Part shown: one piece after another, positions 30,906 to 40,540 of the stretch
Numbering within the stretch: the stretch's first letter is position 1
Layout of the letters: every line of letters begins with the position of its first letter
From: a bacterium
GTDB taxonomy: Bacteria > Patescibacteriota > Dojkabacteria > GCA-016699595
Reading direction: 5' to 3'
DNA length: 64,000 nt
NCBI GenBank assembly: GCA_016699595.1
Contig: CP064982.1
Coordinates: 203,647-267,646 of the forward strand
The notes under the pieces: generated by a model
Databases searched by the model: none
The model's input: the letters and a program-made list of their open reading frames with translations, nothing else
What the model was told of the DNA's origin: nothing
Made by a program: the position numbers and the translations under genes

Positions 30906-32765
30906 TTGAGCCTACTTGAGAAAAACGAACTAGATACTGCGAGTTATATCAAAATAGTTAGAAAATATAGTCGAGATGGAAATTCAACATTCAGCAAAGA
31001 TGACATATTGAAAGAAATTGATGTATTGCTAAGGGTAAAAGGTGAATATTGCTTCCTTGGGGAAGCTGGCGAGCGAAGCGAACCTGAAGGGGTTTTGAAA
31101 AACGAATTAGAATCTCTCAAATCTGCAATCAAACTCAAACCAATGCGAACTGAATCAGGAGTTACTACAGTTACGGTTCTGACTAAACCTTATGCTTGCC
31201 CTGGACAATGTATATTTTGTCCAAATGATGTTCGGATGCCAAAAAGTTATATCGCAACTGAACCTGGAGCTCAAAGAGCTCTGATGTTCAGGTTTTCTCC
31301 ATACGCTCAAGTTTGGAATAGACTTAAAGCTTTGCAAAATATAGGTCATCCAACCGACAAAGTCGAAATGCTTGTACTTGGTGGAACTTGGACGAGTTAT
31401 AAAGAAGATTATAAACTATGGTTTACTTACAATCTTTTCAAGGCTATGAATGATTTTGGAGATGGAATTTGTGATGAGAGGTTAATGACAAAGCAAGATA
31501 TAAGTGAGATATTTGAAAATGATTTTAATGATGATATTAGGAAAAATTACTCCTTCACATGGGAAGGTGTCCAGCAAAGCAGGACAGAAGGGGTTAACTC
31601 TTTAATTGATAAAAGTAAAACTAATTTTATTGAATACAACAAACTTCTCCAAACTCAAGAATTTAAGGCGTGGGAAAAAGAAAATGTTGTTGCAGGAGAT
31701 TTTATGAATTCTCCTACATGGGAAATTTTGTTTGAAGAACAAAATCGAAATTCGAAAGGTAAATGTAGATGCGTGGGTTTAGTTTTTGAAACTAGACCAG
31801 ATAGAATTACACAAAAAGAAGTTTTGACTTTACGAAAACTTGGTGCTACAAAAGTTCAACTAGGAATTCAGATCCTAAATGATGAAATTTCAAGTTTGAA
31901 TAAACGAGGTGAGAATATTGAAGATGCTATGAAAGCTTTTGAATTACTTCGACTTTGGGGCTTTAAAATTCATGTTCATATGATGCCAAATTTACTTGGT
32001 GCAACTCCAAAGCTAGACTTGGAAAGTTATAAGTTACTCGTTAATGATCCTCACTTTCTTCCAGATGAAATAAAAATTTACCCAACAAGTTTGATTGCAA
32101 ATACTGAACTTGAGAATGAGTATAAAGCCGGAAACTGGAGACCTTATGAAACTCAAGAATTGGTTGAATTAATCGCTCAAATGATTGCAGAAACTCCAGA
32201 ATATGTAAGGTTAACTCGTATTATTCGAGATATACCAAGTCAAGAAATTGAAGCTGGAAATAAACTTACTAACTTAAGACAAGTCGTTGAGAAGTATATG
32301 CAAGATAATGATATGCAAGATCAAAATATCAGAGCAAGAGAAATTAAACAGGAAAAAGTAACTTTTGTCGATTTGGAATTGAAAATAGTTGAATATCAAA
32401 CTACAATTTCAAAAGAATTGTTTTTGGAATATGTAAAGCCCCCATTGAAAAAGGGGGGCAAGGGGGATTTTATTGCTGGGTTTTTAAGATTGAGTTTGCC
32501 TATTGATAATATTTCTGCCATGATTCGAGAAATTCATGTTTATGGTCCAAGTTTGGAAATTAGCAAAGATAGTTCTGGCGATGCTCAGCATCTTGGACTT
32601 GGGACTAAGTTGATTGAAAAAGCAAAAAAAATTGCGAAAGATTTGGGTTATAATAGCTTGAAAGTAATTTCAGCGATTGGAACTAGAGAATATTATGCCA
32701 AAAGAGGTTTTGAAATGACGGAAGATGGACTTTATCAATTGACAAAACTAAAAGTTAATTTCTAA
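30906..32765 (+). CDS. elp3: Elp3 family tRNA uridine(34) carboxymethyl-modification enzyme (radical-SAM domain plus C-terminal GNAT/KAT domain)
   Basis: Radical-SAM CxxxCxxC in ACPGQCIFCP, the Elp3 core (LVLGGTWTSY, FETRPDRIT), and a C-terminal GNAT fold (HLGLGTKLIEKAKKIA...YYAKRGFE). The TTG start is uncertain. Confidence 0.8.
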   Translation: MSLLEKNELDTASYIKIVRKYSRDGNSTFSKDDILKEIDVLLRVKGEYCFLGEAGERSEPEGVLKNELESLKSAIKLKPMRTESGVTTVTVLTKPYACPGQCIFCPNDVRMPKSYIATEPGAQRALMFRFSPYAQVWNRLKALQNIGHPTDKVEMLVLGGTWTSYKEDYKLWFTYNLFKAMNDFGDGICDERLMTKQDISEIFENDFNDDIRKNYSFTWEGVQQSRTEGVNSLIDKSKTNFIEYNKLLQTQEFKAWEKENVVAGDFMNSPTWEILFEEQNRNSKGKCRCVGLVFETRPDRITQKEVLTLRKLGATKVQLGIQILNDEISSLNKRGENIEDAMKAFELLRLWGFKIHVHMMPNLLGATPKLDLESYKLLVNDPHFLPDEIKIYPTSLIANTELENEYKAGNWRPYETQELVELIAQMIAETPEYVRLTRIIRDIPSQEIEAGNKLTNLRQVVEKYMQDNDMQDQNIRAREIKQEKVTFVDLELKIVEYQTTISKELFLEYVKPPLKKGGKGDFIAGFLRLSLPIDNISAMIREIHVYGPSLEISKDSSGDAQHLGLGTKLIEKAKKIAKDLGYNSLKVISAIGTREYYAKRGFEMTEDGLYQLTKLKVNF

Positions 32766-33599
32766 CCTATCAATTGGACTTTGAATTTTCCTTTTATGAG
32801 CATCAGTAATATGTGTATATATTTGTGTAGTTTTTATATTTTTATGACCCAATAACTCCTGAACCACCCGGATATCTATACCATTTTCTATCAAATGCGT
32901 TGCAAAGCAGTGCCTAAGAGTATGAACGCTCGCAGGCTTATTTACTTCGGAACTCAATAATGCATTTTTAAAAACTTCTTGTACACTTCTTACATTATAC
33001 ATTTCACCACTTCTTCCCTCAAAAATATATTTCTTAGGTTGATATTTTACATAATACTTTCGAAGCAATAATAAGATGTTCGAAGATAACATAACTTCTC
33101 TATCTCTATTACCTTTCCCTCCACGAATCAATATTGTCATCCTTTTGGAATCAATATCCGCTATTTCCATCTTCACTAGTTCTGATACTCGTAATCCTGC
33201 ACTATAAATCAGGGAAACTATTGCCCGATGTTTTATATTTTTGATGCTTTGTATGATCTTCTTGATATCTTCCTCTGATAAAACAAATGGCAATTTATAA
33301 ACTCGTCTATCTGGATAAATATAATCAATTTGAATTTCCAGTTTAAGTACATATTTATAAAATAATTTTATTGAGCTAATGATACCCTTCTGTGCAGACT
33401 GAGAAATATTCTGTTCATTAATTTTGTAGCAAATATATTGTAATACGTCACTTTCGGAAATGCTATTAATTTCTTTGTTTGCAAAATATTTGAGGAAGTC
33501 TTTGATATAGGAAGAATAAGCACGAATAGTATTTGGCGAGTATCTCTTTACCTTCAATATTTCGATGAACTTCGTGATTAGTGACTCTGGCGGATTCAT
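32748..33599 (-). CDS. tyrosine-type site-specific recombinase / phage integrase family
   Basis: Catalytic tail HTLRHCFATHL...LLGHKNIKTTQIYTH (R..H..R...Y). Its 3' end overlaps the elp3 stop by 18 nt. Confidence 0.85.
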   Translation of the reverse strand: MNPPESLITKFIEILKVKRYSPNTIRAYSSYIKDFLKYFANKEINSISESDVLQYICYKINEQNISQSAQKGIISSIKLFYKYVLKLEIQIDYIYPDRRVYKLPFVLSEEDIKKIIQSIKNIKHRAIVSLIYSAGLRVSELVKMEIADIDSKRMTILIRGGKGNRDREVMLSSNILLLLRKYYVKYQPKKYIFEGRSGEMYNVRSVQEVFKNALLSSEVNKPASVHTLRHCFATHLIENGIDIRVVQELLGHKNIKTTQIYTHITDAHKRKIQSPIDRLEINF

Positions 33600-33729
33600 A
33601 ATACACTATTATAGCAAAAATATTAGTGTATAATCTAGTAAAGTTCGTATAACCTAGTGTTATATGACATATTTTGATGGCAATAAAAAACGAAGGTTTT
33701 AAAAACTTTTATTAAGATACAATATTATT

Positions 33730-34419
33730 ATGAAAACAGTAGGAATAATTGGAGGTCTTGGACCAGAAACAACATCGGAATTTTACCTAGATGTAGTTTT
33801 TTCGTGCCAGAAAAAAGACAAAACTCATAGGCCTTCAATCATAATCGCCAGCGTCCCTTTGCCATACAAAATTGAAGAAGAAGCTATTGCTAAAAACATT
33901 GGATTTGAAAGAATACCTCCTTTTTTAATTGAAGAGGCAAAAAGACTAGAAAAAGCTGGTGCTGATTTTATTGTTATGCCGTGTAATTCTTTGCATGTTT
34001 TTATCAAAGAGATCAGGGACGCTGTCGATACTCCTGTTTTAAGTATCGTGGAAGAAACGGTAAAATTCCTCAAGAGAAATAATTTGAATAAAGTAGGCAT
34101 TGTTTCTACTTCTGCGACGATTAAGAATAAATTATACGAGAATGCCTTCGCTGAGAATAAAATTGGTTACGAAACTCCAGACGATTTTCAACAAGCGAAA
34201 ATGGGTAAATTTATTCTTAATCTTGTTACTGGAATGCAGAATAACAGAGATAGAGATGAACTTATTCAAATTATTTCTGATTTTGAAAAGAAAAATGTTG
34301 ATTGTGTCGTGTTGGCATGCACAGACCTCCAATTATTAATCCCTCAACATCCATCCTTAAAGATATTCGACACAATGAAAATATTTGCCGATGCAACTGT
34401 TGAGGAATTATTAAAATAA
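33730..34419 (+). CDS. aspartate/glutamate racemase family protein
   Basis: GIIGGLGPETT (GG[LM]GP), PCNSLH and VLACTDL (the two catalytic Cys regions). Confidence 0.7.
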   Translation: MKTVGIIGGLGPETTSEFYLDVVFSCQKKDKTHRPSIIIASVPLPYKIEEEAIAKNIGFERIPPFLIEEAKRLEKAGADFIVMPCNSLHVFIKEIRDAVDTPVLSIVEETVKFLKRNNLNKVGIVSTSATIKNKLYENAFAENKIGYETPDDFQQAKMGKFILNLVTGMQNNRDRDELIQIISDFEKKNVDCVVLACTDLQLLIPQHPSLKIFDTMKIFADATVEELLK

Positions 34420-34449
34420 AAGTTTTTAAAATTATTATAAAATTGCCAT

Positions 34450-34625
34450 CAAAATACGCTAAAGCCCCACTGCGCTCTCGCTTCACTGCGTTACGCTCGG
34501 GTCATATAACACAGTATATGCGGTGAGAGCCTTGCAGGCTCTCACCCATATTCCGCTACAATTTTTAAAATGATAAAATAATGGTGTAGCGGAACATCGC
34601 ATATACTGGAACGTTAGGCGAAATA
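34450..34625 (+). repeat. GC-rich structured repeat R1, copy a (contains a perfect 10-bp hairpin GGTGAGAGCC/GGCTCTCACC)
   Basis: Shares ordered blocks with copy b at ~36860-37015: GCCCCRCTGCGCTCTC, then RTATAACACAGTRTATGCGGT, then a GC hairpin, then ACCCATATT, then ...AACGTTA. Local GC is about 50% against a ~30% background. Confidence 0.6.
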
Positions 34626-34653
34626 ATTCAAAATTAATTTAAAACTTTTTACT

Positions 34654-35166
34654 ATGAAACATACTTTATTATTCTTAATCACTATAACAATTATGAGTAT
34701 CTTTTTATCAGGCTGTAATAACAATTCGACGCAGAAAAATGAAGTTGATATTGTTTATCAAGCAATTAACATGATATCTTCCAATAATAATCTAGTTAAT
34801 AAAACTCCTTCTGAACTGTATGAATTATTAAATTTAAGTAAAGATATTTACAAAATTACCACACACTCGCATTCAGAAAATTATCAAAATTTACAAATAT
34901 CAGTAATTGATAAAAAGATTGGTGCATATGATTTAGCGAAAAAGATGAATATATCTAACGCTAATGCATATGAAGTGAATGCAGAACATTCGATATGGGT
35001 TATTGGAAGTAAAAATGAACCATTTGAATCATATAATGGATTAAATATCGATATTCATATTACCTATCCAAGTAAAAATTCAATTAAGGGTAGTTCATAT
35101 TCTGGAAATACAGGAAGCCTCAAAAATACATATATTGATTACATATACATAAATATACCAGAATAA
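34654..35166 (+). CDS. lipoprotein (lipobox LSGC), unknown function
   Basis: N-terminus MKHTLLFLITITIMSIFLSGCNNNS is a SPase II signal with Cys+1. Confidence 0.6.
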   Translation: MKHTLLFLITITIMSIFLSGCNNNSTQKNEVDIVYQAINMISSNNNLVNKTPSELYELLNLSKDIYKITTHSHSENYQNLQISVIDKKIGAYDLAKKMNISNANAYEVNAEHSIWVIGSKNEPFESYNGLNIDIHITYPSKNSIKGSSYSGNTGSLKNTYIDYIYINIPE

Positions 35167-35534
35167 AAATTAATTTTGAATTACATCGCCTAACACTGAG
35201 TATCCGGTTCCACAAAATGGACTCAATAATAAAGATAAAGACTGTCCATTTTGTTCCACCCAAGTTTTTTGCCAACAAATATGCTGAAACTGAATGTCTT
35301 CCAGTAAATAAACAAAAGTGCTAGGATACACGTAAATACTGAGAAATCCGGCAAAAAACTTCCGATACTCAGAAACGTTATACGCAATTCAAAAAATATT
35401 TTTCTTATAGTAAGGAATTTTGACAGACTTTTAAAAAGAGGAATAAATTTGTTTTTTTATTTATGCTGATGGGGATAGCGGTATTTTCTCCGCTATCGCT
35501 CCGAAAATGGTTTATAATTTAACTAAACATAATT

Positions 35535-36737
35535 ATGGGATTTGAAGATTACACTCCACCAATAGATGATATTAAAACTGGCATACAACCAGAAGTAACA
35601 GAAAGTGGTCCTAAACCACCAGTTTTGTCATTCAAAAGGAATAGTGATATTCACTTTGAAAGGTTTGGACAAACTTTTACATACGACAGTATTGCCCTTT
35701 ATCAAGAGGAAGGAAATCTGGTTACTCTTGATAGTTTGGAAAAGCTACCTCCTTCCGTTTTGCTTCAAACTGTTCTGAATATTTCTCAAATGATTGAATT
35801 ACAACAAGATATTAAGGCTTTTTCTGAAGGTGGGCTTGATATTGATGCGGCAGTAGAAAATGGCGAAGAAGTTTTAGCAATGCAATTTCAAGATATTAGA
35901 AAAGTTTTAGATGATTTGGCTTTTACCCAACAATTTTCAAAAGATGATCTTACCAAAATGCTTGACTATGTTTATGGAACCGGAAAGCCCAAGCCTTTCA
36001 CTGAAGGATTATCGTCAGTACTTTTCGCCTCTGCTTTAGCATTTCAGAGAGAACTACTTTATTCAGCCATGGAATCTCGAAAAATGAGTTTAGAAGAAGC
36101 ATCGGGAATCATTAGGAAACTTCCTTACGGAGGAACATTTTTGCTTGAGGGTGAACCAACGCTTAATGAGCTCTCGCAATTTTTTACTCAAACTGAAGAC
36201 GAAGCTGAAAAGAACTTAGTCGTAGATCAGCAAGGAAGGTATTTTTTAGTCCAAGGAATGAGCAAAGATACTGGTGTTATAACATATAGAAGTTTCCCTG
36301 ATTTGGTTGCAGATTATCATACGCACAGAATTGATTACCCTTTTTCCGCAGGAGATATTGGCGCTTATAAAGCTTTAGGTGACTCCAGAGATATTTATTC
36401 AATTACTTCTGACGAAGTAAGATTTTTCGTATGTAGTCCCAGTGGAATTTTTGAATTTGAAGGAAATTTGGAAGAAAATGTCTTTGATAAGCAGGACAGA
36501 AAAAATGATAGTGTAATGATTCCTTGCACTGTCATAAATGAAGATACAGGAGAACAAGCAAGTTTTGATGTTTATACTAATCATGCAATAGGAGAATCCG
36601 GTAGATTTATACAAGAACAAATGGAGAAAAAACCTAGACGACTAAGAATTGAACTTGAGAATGGTGATATTATTCGTTTTACTTCATGGGAGGAATTAAA
36701 GAGAGGTGATAAATTAAATTCAGATAATCATGAATAA
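35535..36737 (+). CDS. hypothetical protein (400 aa) with a possible JAMM-like HxH...SxxD motif
   Basis: Clean ATG ORF with acidic composition. YHTHRIDYPFSAGD resembles the JAMM metal site, but the spacing is one residue short. A GC hairpin (GATAGCGG...CCGCTATC) lies just upstream at ~35470-35495. Confidence 0.5.
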   Translation: MGFEDYTPPIDDIKTGIQPEVTESGPKPPVLSFKRNSDIHFERFGQTFTYDSIALYQEEGNLVTLDSLEKLPPSVLLQTVLNISQMIELQQDIKAFSEGGLDIDAAVENGEEVLAMQFQDIRKVLDDLAFTQQFSKDDLTKMLDYVYGTGKPKPFTEGLSSVLFASALAFQRELLYSAMESRKMSLEEASGIIRKLPYGGTFLLEGEPTLNELSQFFTQTEDEAEKNLVVDQQGRYFLVQGMSKDTGVITYRSFPDLVADYHTHRIDYPFSAGDIGAYKALGDSRDIYSITSDEVRFFVCSPSGIFEFEGNLEENVFDKQDRKNDSVMIPCTVINEDTGEQASFDVYTNHAIGESGRFIQEQMEKKPRRLRIELENGDIIRFTSWEELKRGDKLNSDNHE

Positions 36738-36859
36738 ATAAGGAGTTTTGGTTTTTTGGCATTCACCCCTAACCCCTCCGCCCAAAATCCAAAACAAAAA
36801 ACAAATTTATGATTATTGAATAAAAAGCCTGTCAAAATGAAATTGAATGAAAAATATTT

Positions 36860-37015
36860 TTTGAACTCGCTCCTTTCAGTCGCGCCCCGCTGCGCTCTCC
36901 TCCCTTCGGTCGTCGGGGCGTATAACACAGTGTATGCGGTTCGGGGTTCGGCTCGCCCCTTACCCATATTTTTGCTCCCGTTGGTCGCAACTTCTCATAT
37001 CCGCAAACGTTATAT
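36860..37015 (+). repeat. GC-rich structured repeat R1, copy b
   Basis: See copy a; same orientation, about 2.4 kb downstream. Partial related fragments are at ~35178-35200 and ~35355-35385. Confidence 0.6.
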
Positions 37016-37089
37016 ATAATTTGAATCAGGAATAAAAAGAAAATAATGTGAAGGTAAAAATTTATATAGATTGCTAATTCATCAATATT

Positions 37090-37987
37090 ATGGACAAAAA
37101 AATCATAAATCATTACTTACAATTCGGCACATTTACTAACCCGGGCTGTTACAAAGAATTTCTTCAAAATCTTCCAGATGATGTCAAAGAACTGGGCAAT
37201 TTAATCAGTCATCAAGTTATTCATCGCGTTACACTCAAAGAAGGCAACACAAAATCTAACAGGGATTTACGATATGGGGATATGAAAAGATATCCTTGGC
37301 ATAGATTGAGATGTGAAGATGATATTTTGCCTACTACCGTTTCAATGATTGCAGAATTATTAAGATTTGATGACCGAGGGTTTTTGCCCGACAGAAAAGT
37401 TGAAAATAAAATTGTTGTCACCTGTCGTTTTGTGGCAATACTTATGGCTTCAATTTTAAAGTCAAAAGGTGTCCCTTGCAGAGTCCGTTCGGGATTTGCC
37501 CCCTATTTTTCAAAGGCAGTTGGGATCATTGGATAAATCAATACTGGGATAAAGATAAACAAAAATGGATTACTTTTGACGCTGATGGATTTTTTGACAG
37601 TACTATTGGTTTTGACCAGTATGATATGCCTGCGAAAAAGTTGATTGGGCAGCAGATACATGGCTCGGAATAAGAGGGGGCAAACTAGATGCCAACAACT
37701 TTAGAAATGCAGATGGTTCTGTTGGACTTATGCCAGTTCTTTGGGCAATATTTTATGATTTTCATAGTTTAATGAATAACGAAATTCTTTATAATCAAAT
37801 GCCTAGTTATATCTATTTCAAATTTGATAAATTGACTGAAAAAGATTTTGAAGAAATTGATGAATTAGCCAAATTGATGTTAGAACCAGATAAAAACTTT
37901 CATGAATTAGTCAAAATTTGGAATACAAAAAAGAAATTCAGAACTTTGAATGGTCCACTTATTAGTGATAGTGATCATTTTAAATAG
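37090..37987 (+). pseudogene. transglutaminase-like cysteine protease domain protein disrupted by two frameshifts at homopolymer runs
   Basis: The core Cys (VTCRFVAIL), His (GSWDHW) and Asp (FDADG) are split across three frames. Breaks are at the T5 run (~37506) and the A5 run (~37634), and the reading frame continues into ORF 37730..37987. Confidence 0.6.
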
Positions 37988-38172
37988 AAATAAATTTTAA
38001 GTACCTACTTACTACTTATGAAAAATTACAAAACATTGATGCTATATTATTTGACATGATGGGTGTTCTGCTTTTTCAAAGAAAAGATTATATCCCGAAC
38101 AAACTTGTTGATGAAATAGATTCTAAGATTGGAGATGTAACAAATGACGATATTTTCAAGCAAGAAACTGTG

Positions 38173-38270
38173 CAAGAATTTGGGTTATAATAGCTTGAAA
38201 GTAATCTCAGCAATCGGAACTTGAGAATACTAGGTTTTGAAATGACGGAAGATGGGATGTATCAGATTGT
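38173..38270 (+). repeat. degenerate duplicate (~85% identity, 12-bp deletion) of the elp3 3' end (32634-32745); attR-like island boundary
   Basis: TTTGGGTTATAATAGCTTGAAAGTAAT[C/T]TCAGC...GTTTTGAAATGACGGAAGATGG is shared with the elp3 C-terminal coding sequence. Confidence 0.75.
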
Positions 38271-38322
38271 AAATATTCAAACATGTTTTGTAATTACTAA
38301 CATAAATTGGTATAATATCATT

Positions 38323-38670
38323 ATGAAAAAGACATTTATTACATTTTTAAGTGCATTACTAATATTTCTTCTAATTACAATTGTTTATCTTTTTGTCCAA
38401 AATTACTTTCAAGGTGATTTGAGAATTTCTGGATTGGTTCAATATCATAAGGCTGATCTCACGATATCTGCAGACGCACCAGAAGGATACTTTATTGAAT
38501 CTTCTGCAATAGGTAGAATTTATCTCCGTTATGGAAAGAACGAAAATCTAGCAGAGCTATTGGATAAAAACATTGTTGCTAAAGGATTGATGAGCAATCG
38601 ACTTTTGTGTGGTAATGATGGAGGATTATGTTATCCGGTTGTCAAGATAGAAATGGTTGAAGTGAAGTAG
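38323..38670 (+). CDS. small secreted/membrane-anchored protein, unknown
   Basis: Starts MKKTFITFLSALLIFLLITIVYLFV (signal anchor). The upstream part of track ORF 38221.. is translated elp3-duplicate sequence and is unlikely to be coding. Confidence 0.4.
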   Translation: MKKTFITFLSALLIFLLITIVYLFVQNYFQGDLRISGLVQYHKADLTISADAPEGYFIESSAIGRIYLRYGKNENLAELLDKNIVAKGLMSNRLLCGNDGGLCYPVVKIEMVEVK

Positions 38671-38785
38671 AGTCTATAAATAATGATTGTTTGGCAGGAT
38701 TTGTATGGTTTGGATTTACTTTCTACAAGTACTTTGTTTCTTATTGTATTGAACTAGGGTTGTAATGATCTCTCATATCAGTAAT

Positions 38786-38860
38786 TCTGACGTAGGTCCT
38801 TTCAATTTTATAAAACGCAATGGCTAAACCTAACAAAAACTTTAAGGAAGTCAATCTGGA
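38786..38860 (+). repeat. R2 repeat copy a
   Basis: CTGACGTAGGTCnTTTCAATTTTA(T)AAAACGCAATGGCTAAACCnAAnAAAAACTTTAAGGAAGTC recurs at 40465-40540. Confidence 0.6.
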
Positions 38861-39000
38861 AGAGTATGAAAGAAGACATTCCTACAATAAATCATATATA
38901 CACACATATGAAAAATACGCAACTTACCTATCTTTGTATTTTGCAGTATCTTTAGGTGTCATAGGTTACATCTTTTTTTGATAAAGATATAGGAGCATTC

Positions 39001-40110
39001 TTGAAAAATCTCAATCAATTTACACTTGATACACAATGGTTATACTTTACAATTTTTCTTTTTTTTGCAATTCTTATGTATTATTTATTGTCATGCTTAC
39101 TTAGTAAATTAGAATCAATATATATAAATGCAACAAGAATAAACATTTTAGAAAAAAGTTGTAACAAAATGTTTGGTCCGGATTTCATAGCTTATGAAGT
39201 GATGAAACCACGATACTTTATTTCAATTTTGGTTATTTTCATGGGTTCTATTTACTCACTTTTACTTAGTTTTTTATGTTTCATATTAGCAAACGACTTA
39301 GTATATTTTTTTGTGCTATTTACATTTTTGTTCTCAGTTTTAATACCTTATCGGTTTTATATAGTTAATACAGCTCTTATAAAAACAAATATTCGTAATG
39401 AATACGAGTTGTCTTTATCTAATAATGTGCAAGACATCTTTAAAGTAAACAAGCTAATTTTTGCACCTATTCTAACCTTGATGTTTGGAATAGTTAGTTT
39501 CTTTGTTTTGTCTTTAAAAGACGGTTCATTTTTAACGAATTCAAAAGTAGACTATCCACTGCTAGCTGTGCCAACAATATATATAGGCGATTTAATCCTG
39601 TTACCGTTAATAAACTATAGCACAGCTAAACTAGTGTTTGAATATAAAGAGTTTATTAAGAAATTCTTTAAGCAGTGGCGTTTTAAGGCTGTCTTGTTTT
39701 TATCACTTTGCATAGCAACTTTCTTTAATATTAAAACGCATAAAGTATGGGAAGGTGATAATTTCAATGGATTTATAGATATGAATCAAAAGTTAACAAC
39801 TGCAGGTCAAATTCACCTGGTTTTCAGTATAATAAATATGTTTGTAATTCTTTTTATTATTCTAATATCGATTTATGCATATTTGAACAAGTACAAAGTA
39901 ATATTTAATAAAACGATTGATATTTGGAAATACCTAATTGCTTTCTCAAGTTTATCAATTTTGGATTTCTTATATAGATATTATTTTATGAATTTCAACA
40001 ATGAGGCCTTTGGTCTGTTTTTGAAAAGTAACTCAATATCATTTTTACTATTGTATTTTAGTTTGGCAGTATTTTTAACTTTGAAAATACTTCAAAAAAG
40101 AATACGGTAA
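39001..40110 (+). CDS. polytopic membrane protein (369 aa), unknown
   Basis: About 9-10 hydrophobic helices, TTG start, bracketed by the two R2 copies. Confidence 0.5.
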   Translation: MKNLNQFTLDTQWLYFTIFLFFAILMYYLLSCLLSKLESIYINATRINILEKSCNKMFGPDFIAYEVMKPRYFISILVIFMGSIYSLLLSFLCFILANDLVYFFVLFTFLFSVLIPYRFYIVNTALIKTNIRNEYELSLSNNVQDIFKVNKLIFAPILTLMFGIVSFFVLSLKDGSFLTNSKVDYPLLAVPTIYIGDLILLPLINYSTAKLVFEYKEFIKKFFKQWRFKAVLFLSLCIATFFNIKTHKVWEGDNFNGFIDMNQKLTTAGQIHLVFSIINMFVILFIILISIYAYLNKYKVIFNKTIDIWKYLIAFSSLSILDFLYRYYFMNFNNEAFGLFLKSNSISFLLLYFSLAVFLTLKILQKRIR

Positions 40111-40464
40111 GAAGATGTTTTTAAAGTACGCCTAAAAACTTCTATTGAACTTTACTGCTAAAAGCATATTGGATTGTCAAGTCAATGTTGCGTTATTTTA
40201 AATTTGGCTAATGCACAAATTGTTATAAGTTTGAAATAAAGATTAGCAGTTTAGTATAGGATATATAAACAATATCCCTACTCCATTCTAACTTTCAAAC
40301 CCTCAATCTCACCTACTATTCTTCGCGATTCGAGGTTGTATACAACTAACTTTGAGTTATTCGGTCTTCCTTGAAAGCCATCTATTCTAGCATTCTCAAA
40401 ATCATGTATGTCTTTGAGTTCATACTTTTCTAGAAAAAGAAACAAACCATCTTCTCCTGACGTA

Positions 40465-40540
40465 GGTCATTTCAATTTTAAAAACGCAATGGCTAAACCC
40501 AATAAAAACTTTAAGGAAGTCTTTGATACACGAGAAATAA
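40465..40540 (+). repeat. R2 repeat copy b
   Basis: See copy a. It runs directly into the integrase remnant. Confidence 0.6.

Noticed and set aside
36728-37113. Track ORFs 36728..36967(-), 36816..37019(+), 36832..37113(-) with Arg/Pro/Gly-rich translations.
   Set aside because: They are produced by the GC-rich R1b repeat in several frames. No start context, and they overlap each other.
38221-38322. N-terminal 34 codons of track ORF 38221..38670 (MRILGFEMTEDGMYQIV...).
   Set aside because: This is the translated remnant of the duplicated elp3 3' end. The gene more plausibly starts at the MKKTF signal sequence at 38323.
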